Positions 38,036 through 49,637 are shown, numbered from the stretch's first letter. The stretch is DNA of 52,006 bases from Octopus sinensis (GCF_006345805.1 NW_021834023.1:1-52006), one strand, 5' to 3'. Numbers and translations: made by a program. The notes: generated from the letters alone by a model not told the origin.

Positions 38036-38101
38036 GTTGTTATTATTATTATTATTATTGTTATTATTGTTATTATTGTTATTATTATTATCATTATTAT
38101 C

Positions 38102-38140
<39 letters not shown>
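37430..38140. repeat. (ATT)n/(GTT) microsatellite of ~700 bp starting just past the Ig exon 1 donor
   Basis: Direct reading. Confidence 0.95.
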
Positions 38141-38154
38141 AATCAATTCCTTAC

Positions 38155-38406
38155 CGTTTGTCTTCAAGTCAAATTTTCCGAAGTTGTTGTTGTTGTCATG
38201 AAAGGTCCAAGTCAAACATTCGTTCGTAACGTTTTGGATCTGAAGAGTGGAATTATCCCCATGCTGTGTCACTTGAAAATCAATGGTGTTATCGCACGTC
38301 TTGTCGTCGCATTCATATCTATAATTTTTACATATCCACTCCACTGGTCTTTCTATATTTGGGAAATTAATATAAAGAGTGGCACTCTTCTGGAGCTGAA
38401 CTTTTT
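38155..38406 (-). CDS. Ig-like domain exon 1 (membrane-distal), 252 nt, phase 1-1
   Basis: Acceptor tttctttatttcag and donor g|gtaagg. Encodes KVQLQKSATLYINFP..VEWIC..YECDDKTC..STLQIQNVTNECLTWTF..FDLKTN. Confidence 0.88.
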
Positions 38407-38504
38407 CTGAAATAAAGAAATCGGGTAAGAAGTTGGCTTCTCAACCTCATGGTTCTGGGTTCAGTCACGCAGTGTGACACCTTGGGCAAGTGTATTCAGC
38501 TATA

Positions 38505-39832
38505 TATTTCTTTATTGCTCACAAGGGGCTAAACAAAAACATAGAAGGGACAAACAAGGACAGACAAAGGGATTAAGTCGATTATATCGACCACAGTGCA
38601 AAACTGGTACCCCGAAAGGATGAAAGGCAAAGTCGACCTCGGGGGAATTTGAACTCAGAATGTAGCGGCAGATGAAATACCTATTTATTTACTACCCACA
38701 AGGGGCTAAACACAGAGGGGACAAACAAGGACAGACAAATGGATTAAGTCGATTATATCGACCCCAGTGCGTAACTGGTACTTATTTAATCGATGCCAAA
38801 AGGATGAAAGGCAAAGTCGACCTCGGCGGAATTTGAACTCAGAATGTAGCGGCAGATGAAATACCTATTTCTTTACTACCCACAAGGGGCTAAACACAGA
38901 GGGGACAAACAAGGACAGACAAAGGGATTAAGTCGATTATATCGACCCCAGTGCAAAACTGGTACTTTATTTATCGACCCCGAAAGGATGAAAGGCAAAG
39001 TCGACCTCGGCGGAATTTGAACTCAGAGCGTAGCGCAGACGAAATACCTATTTCTTTACTACCCACAAGGGGCTAAACACAGAGAGGACAAACAAGGACA
39101 GACAAAGGGATTAAGTCGATTACATTGACCCCAGTGTGAAACTGGTACTTTATTTATCGACCCCGAAAGGATGAAAGGCAAAGTCGACCTCGGCGGAATT
39201 TGAACTCAGAGCGTAGCGCAGACGAAATACCTATTTCTTTACTACCCACAAGGGGCTAAACACAGAGAGGACAAACAAGGACAGACAAAGGGATTAAGTC
39301 GATTACATTGACCCCAGTGTGAAACTGGTACTTTATTTATCGACCCCGAAAGGATGAAAGGCAAAGTTGACCTCGGCGGAATTTGAACTCAAAACGTACC
39401 GACAGACAAAATACCTATTTCTTTACTACCCACAAGGGGCTAAACACAGAGAGAACAAACAAGGACAGACAAAGGGATTAAGTCGATTACATTGACCCCA
39501 GTGTGAAACTGGTACTTTATTTATCGACCCCGAAAGGATGAAAGGCAAAGTTGACCTCGGCGGAATTTGAACTCAGAACGTAACGACAGACGCTATATCC
39601 ATTTCTTTACTACCCACAAGGGGCTAAACACAGAGAGGACAAACAAGGACAGACAAAGGGATTAAGTCGATTACATTGACCCCAGTGTGAAACTGGTACT
39701 TTATTTATCGGCCCCGAAAGGATGAAAGGCAAAGTTGACCTTGGCGGAATTTGAACTCAGAACATAACGACAGACGAAATACCGCTAAGCATTTCGCCCG
39801 GCGTGCTAACGTTTCTACCAGCTCGCCGCCTT
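38505..39832 (-). mobile_element. Deu/Nin-like SINE with ~7 tandem ~182-bp units
   Basis: Same unit and junction as the arrays at 13054 and 15278. Confidence 0.9.
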
Positions 39833-40180
39833 AATTGACTGGATGATGTGTTTTGCTCAAGAACACAATGCGTCGCCCAGTCTAGGAATCGAAACCACAA
39901 TCTTACGATCATGATGCTGACACCCTAACCACTAAACCACGCGATTCCACAGCTATAGCCTCAGGCTGACCCATGCTGGTGTGTTTACATCCCTATAACT
40001 TAGTGTTTTGGCAAAAGGGACCAATACAATTAGTACCAGTCTTAAAAAAGGTACCGGGCTTGATTGATTTGACTAAAAATTCTTCTAGGCCCTACCCCAA
40101 CATGGTTACAGTCTAACGATTGAAACAAGTAAAAAATCATATATCTATGTATCTTTATATTCTCTTTTAATCTTTTTTTT

Positions 40181-40383
40181 ACTCTTTTACTTGTTTCAGT
40201 CATTTGACTGCGGCCATGCTGGAGCACCGCCTTTAATCGAGCAACTCGACCCCGAGACTTATTCTTTTGTAAGCCCAGTACTTATTCTATTGGTCTCTTT
40301 TGCCGAACCGCTAAGTGACGGGGACAAAAACACACCAGCATCGGTTGTCAAGCAATGCTAGGGGGACAAACACAGACACACAA

Positions 40384-40418
<35 letters not shown>

Positions 40419-40584
40419 CATATATACGACGGGCTTCTTTCAATTTCCGTCTACCAAATCCACTCACAAGGCATTGGTCGGCCCGGGGCTATAGCAGAGG
40501 ACACTTGCCCAAGGTGCCACGCAGTGGGACTGAACCCGGAACCATGTGGCTGGTAAACAAGCTACTTACCACACAGCCACTCCT
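40181..40584 (-). mobile_element. Full-length CORE-like tRNA-derived SINE
   Basis: Head aggagtggctgtgtggtaag through tail ctgaaacaagtaaaagagt. Confidence 0.88.
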
Positions 40585-40749
40585 ATATGTAATATAATAT
40601 AATTATATATATATACAATAGGCTTCTTTCAACTTCTGTCTACATAATCCGCCCAAAATGCGTTGGTTTGCCTGGGGCTATAGTCGAGGACACCTACACT
40701 AAGTGCCACACATTAGGACTGAACCCAAAATGATTACATGACGACGATG

Positions 40750-41240
40750 ATTATTATTATTATTATTATTATTACTATTATTATTATTATTATTATTATT
40801 ATTGTTATTGAGTGAGAGAGCAGTGCATGCCATCAAAGTGACACTGGGGTAAAATATACGAAGCCCAGTAGATCCATCATGACTACCCGTCTGATAAGGG
40901 TACACCAGGCACATGCATCACAACCATATGTGCGCGACATGGTGATCTCATATCAAGATATACAGTGCATGACCTTGCAGGTGGGGCCCAGTTAGAATTT
41001 TCTTCTAGTCGAGTAACCCATCTCGCTCAAAAGGTCCCTAAATAAGGATTGTTTAAGGACGTCGAACGAAACACCCATGTTTCCAAAGGTGAATTATTCA
41101 AACCCCAAAGAATCCCTCTCAACACATGGCTATGATGCTCCCCCACTACTTCTGCTCGTGATCAGAGATGCACATATCGTCAGCCACTAAGGGACATGCT
41201 CAACTGGTTAAGGTCAAACAACTGATAAGCAAATCTGTGG
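40750..41240 (-). mobile_element. SINE/LINE-tail-like repeat ending in an (AAT)n tail
   Basis: GC-richer ~430-bp segment abutting an (ATT)n tract; family assignment is from recall only. Confidence 0.5.
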
Positions 41241-41259
41241 AGGAGGAGGAGGATGATGG

Positions 41260-41300
41260 TGGAGATGATGATAATGATGATGATGATGATGATGATGATG

Positions 41301-41335
<35 letters not shown>

Positions 41336-41387
41336 CATCCTCATCCTCTTCATCATCATCATCATCATCATCACCACCACCACCACC

Positions 41388-41420
<33 letters not shown>

Positions 41421-41489
41421 TCATCATCCTCTTCATCATCATCATCATTCATCATCATCATCATCATCATCACCACCACCACCACCACC

Positions 41490-41520
<31 letters not shown>

Positions 41521-41538
41521 ATCATCATCATCATCCTC

Positions 41539-41584
<46 letters not shown>

Positions 41585-41591
41585 TTTTGCT

Positions 41592-41647
<56 letters not shown>

Positions 41648-41653
41648 TTTTGC

Positions 41654-41693
<40 letters not shown>

Positions 41694-41695
41694 TG
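41260..41695. repeat. (GAT)n/(CAT)n/(CAC)n compound microsatellite
   Basis: Direct reading. Confidence 0.95.
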
Positions 41696-41984
41696 TGCTC
41701 TAAGAGTGAAATTGTCAGTCATAATTAACCTTTCCTTAGTTATAATATATTTGATATAATTTAACTTCTAAAGGCAAATTCACTGCATTTACCAAGGAGA
41801 AAAAATTCTCACTGATAGTAAAAGGTGGGAGAACACCATATCTGCCTAGTGCTTCCGTCTAGTGCAATGGTTCCCAACCATTTTTCATCTATGGACCTTT
41901 TGATTCCTATTTGACACGGGTGGACCCTTATAACCATTTTATGTTTTTAAAAAATCCTATTTTAATAATTAAATGTCATTAGGG

Positions 41985-42538
41985 ATTCTCTTTACTCTTT
42001 TTACTCTTTTACTTGTTTCAGTCATTTGACTGTGGCCATGCTGGAGCACTGCCTTTAGTCAAGCAATTCGACCCCAGGACTTATTCTTTGTAAGCCTAGT
42101 ACTTATTCTATCGGTCTCTTTTGCCGAACCGCTAAGTTTACTCTTTTACTTGTTTCAGTCATTTGACTGCGGCCATGCTGGAGCACCGCCTATAGTCGAG
42201 CAACTCGACACCCCATGACTTATTCTTTGTAAGCCCAGTACTTATTCTATCGGTCTCTTTTGCCGAACCGCTAAGTGACGGGGACGTAAACACACCAGCA
42301 TCGGTTGTCAAGCAATGCTAGGGGGACAAACACAGACACACAAACATACATACATACATATATATACACATATATACGACAGGCTTCTTTCAGTTTCTGT
42401 CTACCAAATCCACTCACAAGGCATTGGTCGGCCCGGGGCTATAGCAGAAGACACTTGCCCAAGATGCCACGCAGTGGGTCTGAACCCGGAACCATGTAGT
42501 TGGTTAGCAAGCTACTTACCACACAGCCACTCCTGCGC
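41985..42538 (-). mobile_element. CORE-like SINE with duplicated tail
   Basis: Same family as 40181-40584. Confidence 0.87.
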
Positions 42539-42644
42539 TAATTGTGTAAAAAAATTGTTAAAATATTTTGTGTACTCTAAAACTATAACCAATTAATTGT
42601 ACATAAATTTTATCAACAAAATCCTGTTTTTGTTGTCTGTTCCT

Positions 42645-43300
42645 TCCTGAGCCATGCCTAACTCATAAGGGCTGGTTTCCCGGTTTCTTGGCGTATAGGT
42701 TCCCCACCCGGATGGGATGCCGGTCCATCACAGGTGAGCTGCAAGATGCAGAAGGTAAGAGTGAGAGAAAGTTGTGGTGAAAGAGTCAGCAGAAGTTTCA
42801 CCATTACCTTCTGCCGGAGCCGCGTGGAGCTTAGGTCTTTCGCTCATAAACACACACGTCGCCCGGTCTGTGATTCGAACCTGAGATCCCTCAACTGCGA
42901 GTCCGCTGCTCTAACCACTAGGCCATGTGTCTCCGCAAGAAAGAATGAGAGAAAGTTGTGGCGAAAGAGTCAGAAGTTTCACCATTACCTTCTGCCGGAG
43001 CCGCGTGGAGCTTAGGTCTTTCGCTCATAAACACACACGTCGCCCGGTCTGTGATTCGAACCTGAGATCCCTCAACTGCGAGTCCGCTGCTCTAACCACT
43101 AGGCCATGTGCCTCCGCAAGAAAGAGTGAGAGAAAGTTGTGGCGAAAGAGTCAGCAGAAGTTTCACCATTACCTTCTGCCGGAGCCGCGTGGAGCTTAGG
43201 TCTTTCGCTCATAAACACACACGTCGCCCGGTCTGTGATTCGAACCTGAGATCCCTCAACTGCGAGTCCGCTGCTCTAACCACTAGGCCATGTGCCTTCA
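42645..43300 (-). mobile_element. tRNA-derived SINE (tail B) with triplicated ~185-bp head
   Basis: ccattaccttctgccggagccgcgtggagc...ctaaccactaggccatgtg occurs three times; the tail matches 10745-10860. Confidence 0.87.
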
Positions 43301-43419
43301 CACAAATTCCTGTATGGACCCCCCCCCAACAGCCATATCAAGCCCAGTTGAAAATCACTGCTCTAGTGAACTCCCCAATTTGTATTTCTGACTCTTTAGC
43401 TGACTGACTGACTGACTTG

Positions 43420-44162
43420 ATAGCATTCACCCGGGGTGGGTTGAGCTGGCTTCATTCATCCTCAATGCTGCATCTCTCACAAATGCCGACCAGACCTGGC
43501 GATTTGAGGCTAACGACCGCGTGATCTCCAACCACTCCTTATTCTAGCGGCGAACGCCGTAGATATGGGGGCCTAGTTTGGGTTCCAGATCAGCCTTGAC
43601 TGTCATCAGTCAGGTTTTTCGTTGTCCACCACAACACTTTCGCCAACCCTGAAGGGGAGCTGAGGCAATTGCTTCGTTTGTTGGGTTCCAGATCAGCCTT
43701 GACTGTCATCAGCCAGGTTTTTCGTTGTCCACCACATCACTTTTGCCCACCCTGAAGGGGAGCTGGGGCAATTACTTCGTAGGTTGGGTTCCAGATCAAC
43801 CTTGACTGTCATCAGCCAGGTTTTTCGTTGTCCACCACATCACTTTCGCCAACCATGAAGGGGATCTGGGGCAATTGCTTCGTAGATGAATTCTCCTGGT
43901 TGACGACGGAGGGCATGACCCAGCAACCTTATGTTCTACTTCTTCTTCTTGTTACAGCATTCACCCGAGGTGGGTTGAGCTGGCTTCATCCATCCTCAAT
44001 GCTGCATCTCTCACAAACGCCGACCAGACCTGGCGATTTGAGGCTAACGACCGCATGATCTCCAACCACTCCTTATTCCAGCGGCGAACGCCGTAGATAT
44101 GGGGGCCTAGGTTGGGTTCCAGATCAGCCTTGACTGTCATCAGCCAGGTTTTTCGTTGTCCT
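43420..44162 (-). mobile_element. Duplicated 3' ends of an RTE-clade LINE with an internal ~123-bp subrepeat
   Basis: Minus-strand frame GQRKTWLMTVKADLEPNLGPHIYGVRRWNKEW..ASNRQVWSAFVRDA..THLG*, followed by short-repeat tails. Confidence 0.7.
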
Positions 44163-44386
44163 TCAAATACTCCTCATGTATGACTCTTTAGCCTTTCTCA
44201 ATGGGAAACCTCTGAGTGGATTCAAAGCTGTAGTTTTATCTGAAGAACAGTCACTATCAGTAATTGAGTTGCGCTTATGAACCGCCTGGTCGGAATAAAC
44301 ATTTCGGAAAAATAAAAAAATAATGACTAAAAACCACGAGTTAAGAGAAAGAAACAGAAGACGGAATTGAAATAAATTATGTCTAT

Positions 44387-44767
44387 GGCGCAGGAGTGGC
44401 TGTGTGGTAAGTAGCTTGCTTACAAACCACATGGTTCTGGGTTCAGTCCCACTGCGTGCCACATTGGGCAAGTGTCTTCTACTATAGCCTCGGGATTTGG
44501 TAAACGGAAACTGAAAGAAGCCTGTCATATATATGTATATATATGTGTGTGTGTGTGTGTGTCTGTGTTTGTCCCCCTAGCATTGCTTGACAACCGATGC
44601 TGGTGTGTTTACGTCCCCGTCACTTAGCGGTTCGGCAAAAGAGTCCGATAGAATAAATACTGGGCTTACAAAGAATAAGCCCCGGGGTCGATTTGCTCGA
44701 CTAAAAGGTGGTACTCCAGCATGGCCACAGTCAAATGACTGAAACAAGTAAAAGAGTAAAAGAGAGT
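44387..44767 (+). mobile_element. CORE-like SINE inserted ~40 nt from the mini-exon C donor
   Basis: ggcgcaggagtggc ... aagtaaaagagtaaaagagagt; splits the conserved intron flank. Confidence 0.88.
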
Positions 44768-44807
44768 AAAGTGTAATTGAAAAGGAGAAAGGGGTTTGTT
44801 AATTTAC

Positions 44808-44864
44808 CAGTTTTGAAAATTTTAGAACTTTGTGCCCTTGTCAAAGTTTCTGGTCTTGTTAAAC
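44808..44864 (-). CDS. Mini-exon C (57 nt, phase 1-1), (G)LTRPETLTRAQSSKIFKT, N-terminal strand of Ig-like domain 1
   Basis: Acceptor ttttcctcttttacag and donor g|gtaaat; flanks are homologous to mini-exons A and B. Confidence 0.72.
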
Positions 44865-44943
44865 CTGTAAAAGAGGAAAATAAACATTTTTGATTTTCAG
44901 ATTTAACATTTGATCAACGAGATTGTTTACTATTTGTGTTATA

Positions 44944-45735
44944 CACCGCGGATGGAGGCACAATGGCCCAGTGGTTAGGGCAGCGGACTCGCGGTCACAG
45001 GATCGCGGTTTCGATTCCCAGACCGGGGCGTTGTGAGTGTTTATTGAGCGAAAACACCTAAAAGCTCCACGAGGCTCTGGCAGGGATGGTGGTGATCCCT
45101 GCTGTACTCTTTCACCGTGGAGGCGCAATGGCCCAGTGGTTAGGGCAGCGGACTCGCGGTCATAGGATAGCGGTTTCGATTCCCAGACCGGCGTTGTGAG
45201 GTTTATTGAGCGAAAACCCCTAAAAAAGCTCCACGAGGCTCCGGCAGGGGATGGTGGTCATCCCTGCTGTACTCTTTCACCACAACTTTCTCTCACTCTT
45301 ACTTCCTGTTTCTGTTGTACCTGTATTTCTAGGGGCCAGCCTATATATATATGTGGAGGCGCAATGGCCCAGTGGTTAGGGCAGCGGACTCGCGGTCATA
45401 GGATTGCGGTTTCGATTCCCAAACCGGGCGTTGTGAGTGTTTATTGAGCGAAAACACCTAAAAGCTCCACGAGGCTCCGGCAGGGGATGGTGGTCATCCC
45501 TGCTGTACTCTTTCACCACAACTTTCTCTCACTCTTACTTCCTGTTTCTGTTGTACCTGTATTTCAAGGGGCCGGCCTTGTCACTCTCTGTGTCATGCTG
45601 AATATCCCCGAGAACTACGTTAAGGGTGCACGTGTCTGTGGAGTGCTCAGCCACTTACACGTTAATTTCACTAGCAGGCTGTTCCGTTGATTCGGATCAA
45701 CCGGAACCCTCGTTGTCGTACCTGACGGAGTGCTT
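44944..45735 (+). mobile_element. Arg-head SINE multimer: three heads, the last continuing into tail A
   Basis: ggaggc(a/g)caatggcccagtggttagggcagcggactcgcgg at ~44952, ~45118 and ~45355. Confidence 0.87.
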
Positions 45736-46317
45736 CCACATACACCGCTGGAAGTTCTTGTTGACAAACAACAGCAGTAATTTTATTCAGCTGAATACGT
45801 GTCATTGATTGGTTGAAATTACTAAAATGCGACAACTTTAACACGAAATAACTTCGTAAAGAGAAACTTTTCTCAAAAACGCAAAGAGTAAAAGATGTTT
45901 TATATGATACATTCTACCAGTGTTTGAAGTTTGAAAGTGTTTAGTTACAAAAAAATTAATTTCTCGATCTGCCGTTCAAAGGGAAAAGATCCCAATTATT
46001 TTTAGAAAAAATAATGAATGTTAACAAAAAAGAATTTACGAAACAAAAATAAATAAAAAAAGGAAAAAAACTTACAAAAACACAGCGCAAACAAATAGGA
46101 GTAAAACTTTAGAATGTCCATGATCTGAAAAGCATTTTAGAAATCGAAAGTTAATTGCCAGAACATGACTGATATAAGAGACTTCGAATCTTTTCGGAAT
46201 AAACAGTGCAAAATGCAATCTTCTCATCAGGAAAGAAAGAGAACCTATCTCAACAATGAGACACTATACACATAGGTCGAAAGTAAAGGAATTTGAATAG
46301 CATCTGCGCTCAACTCC

Positions 46318-46362
<45 letters not shown>

Positions 46363-47419
46363 TAAATATATATATAAGTAAATACAATGTCTTGTTGTTG
46401 AGATAGGTTCTCTTTCTTTCCTGAAGAGAAGATTGCATTATTTACACACGTTTATTCCTTTGGAATAAAACCAATGTTGTCTTTGAAACATATGTCGAAA
46501 GTAAAAGAATTTGAATAACATCTGCATTCAACTCCATTTATTTACTTATACTACACAAATTACTGCACATTAACCTGGAGTTTCTACCTTTGAATAGGTC
46601 ACTCTACATCCTTGTTACTTGCATGAATTTTGCTACCCTGGTAACTGTTTATTGAATTTTCCATGTTAAAGGTAAACAAAGGGTCATTCATTCATCCATT
46701 TACATATATATATATATGTATATATATTCTGTCCGAAGTCAGATGCCATGATAGATCGTTAGCTACTACACACTTTTTTTCCTCTCCTTGTTTTTTTTCC
46801 TGTGTATCTTTCTGTAGGCTCGAAACGTAAAAGACTTTTTCTATTCCTGAGCGCTATACTAATACATCTGTTTGTTTTCTACACCACCTGTCTTCGTCTT
46901 TTGTTTATTTTCGTAAACTTTCCCTTTATATATATACATATAACAGGAAGCTTTATGAAAATAAACAAAAGACGAAGGCAGGTGGAGTACAAAGAAAGAA
47001 TTGTATCCTCCCTCCTACTCCACTCTCTCTCTCACTCTCCCCTCTCTACACTACACCATACATTACACATCATACATACATACACACGTTCAGACCTTTC
47101 ATACGCACTACATACTCTCTCATACACACACGCACCCTTATGTTCGGGCAAAGTCATTTGACCCTGTTATCTCCCCTATTTTTACTCTTGCGTCTCACGT
47201 TTGATCTCTGACTTCTGGCCAGAATCAGATCGCCATGTTGAATCGCTAGCTTCTGCAAGCATTTTTTCCTGTCCGTGTTTTTTTTTCTGTGTATCTTTCT
47301 GTCGTAGAGCGTAGGGTCGAAACGTAAAAGACTTGTTTTATTTATATTCCTGAGCGCCATACTAATACCATTGTTATTTGTACTCCACCTGCCTTCGTCT
47401 TTTGTTTATTTTCATAAAG

Positions 47420-47426
47420 CTTCCAT

Positions 47427-47473
<47 letters not shown>

Positions 47474-47480
47474 ATATATA

Positions 47481-47511
<31 letters not shown>

Positions 47512-47739
47512 TATCAAATACATATATAATACATACATACATACATATATATACATACATACATACATATATATATACATACATACATACATACATTATA
47601 TATATATATACATACATACATACATATATATACATACATAGATATAATATACATACATACATATATATATATATACATACATACATACATATACATACAT
47701 ACATATATATACATACATACATATATATATATCTACATC

Positions 47740-47773
<34 letters not shown>

Positions 47774-47868
47774 ACATACATTAATACATACATACATACA
47801 TATATATATATACATACATACAATATATATACATACATACATACATATATATATATACATATATATAC

Positions 47869-47899
<31 letters not shown>

Positions 47900-47962
47900 C
47901 ATATATATATACATATTATATATATATATATATATATACCTACATATACATATATATACACA

Positions 47963-48007
<45 letters not shown>

Positions 48008-48030
48008 ATATATATATATATACATATAAT

Positions 48031-48062
<32 letters not shown>

Positions 48063-48095
48063 TAATATAATATATATATATACATATATATATAC

Positions 48096-48126
<31 letters not shown>

Positions 48127-48363
48127 CATATGTATATATATATACATATATATATATACATATATATATATACACATATACATATATATATATATACATA
48201 TATATATACATATTATATATATATATATATATATACATATACACATACATACACATATCCATATATATATACATATATATACATAATATATAGACATATA
48301 TAATATATACATATATATCTATACATACATATATATATATACCATATATATAATATACATATA

Positions 48364-48397
<34 letters not shown>

Positions 48398-48672
48398 CCT
48401 ATATAATATATATATACATATTATAAATTATAGATACATATATATATATAATATACATATATAATATATATACATATGTATATATATATACATATGTATA
48501 TATATACATATGTATATATATACATATGTATATATATATACATATGTATATATATATACATATTATATATATATTACATATGTATATATATACATATGTA
48601 TATATATACATATGTATATATAATACATATATATATATACATATATATATAATATATATATATATATACAAC

Positions 48673-48707
<35 letters not shown>

Positions 48708-48909
48708 CACATATATATATATATATATATATATATCACACATATATATATACACATATATATATATACATATATATATATATACCATATATATATATAT
48801 ACCTATATATATAATATATACATATATATACATATATATATATATATACTATATATATATATACATATATATACATATAATATATATATACATATATATA
48901 TATATTACA

Positions 48910-48979
<70 letters not shown>

Positions 48980-49018
48980 CATATATATATATATATAGAT
49001 AATATATATATATATATT
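47420..49018. repeat. Long (AT)n/(ATAC)n microsatellite
   Basis: Direct reading. Confidence 0.95.
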
Positions 49019-49019
49019 A

Positions 49020-49450
49020 GGCGCAGGAGTGGCTGTGTGGTACGTAGCTTGCTAACCAACCACATGGTTCCGGGTTCAGTCCCACTTGTGGCACCAACTT
49101 CATTTCTCTCGCTGACCATTATCTTTAGTAGCTGCATTCCTCGTGATCATGATTCTAGCAGTCCGTTCTTGTGAGTGGATTTGGTAGACGGAAACTGAAA
49201 GAAGCCTGTCGTATATATGTATATATATATATATGTATGTGTTTGTGTGTCTGTGTTTGTCTCCCTAGCATTGCTTGACAACCGATGCTGGTGTGTTTAC
49301 GTTCCCGCCACTTAGCGGTTCGGCAAAAGAGACCGATAGAATAAGTACTGGGCTTACAAAAAATAAGTCCCGGGGTCGATTTGCTCGACTAAAGGCGGTG
49401 CTCCAGCATGGCCACAGTCAAATGACTGAAACAAGTAAAAGAGTAAAGAG
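49020..49450 (+). mobile_element. CORE-like SINE whose core is replaced by a 74-bp copy of 50543-50616
   Basis: The SINE breaks after gtggcacc and resumes at ttgtgagtggatttgg. Confidence 0.87.
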
Positions 49451-49637
49451 TATATGTAACGGAATAAATTGATTGGTAAATATTAATTAAGATTTGTCGT
49501 AGTCAGCTGGTGTGACGAAAATAATTAATTACTATAACGACATACTGTAGGATGGCAAGTTGTAAGATGTGAAAGATGGACAATGCATAAAGTTTTAAGA
49601 AAGTATTTATTTACCGTTACGTTGAAAAACACCATAC

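Noticed and set aside
46560-46680. Minus-strand mini-ORF MENSINSYQGSKIHASNKDVE* as first exon
   Set aside because: No hydrophobic signal core, and it terminates without a compatible donor.
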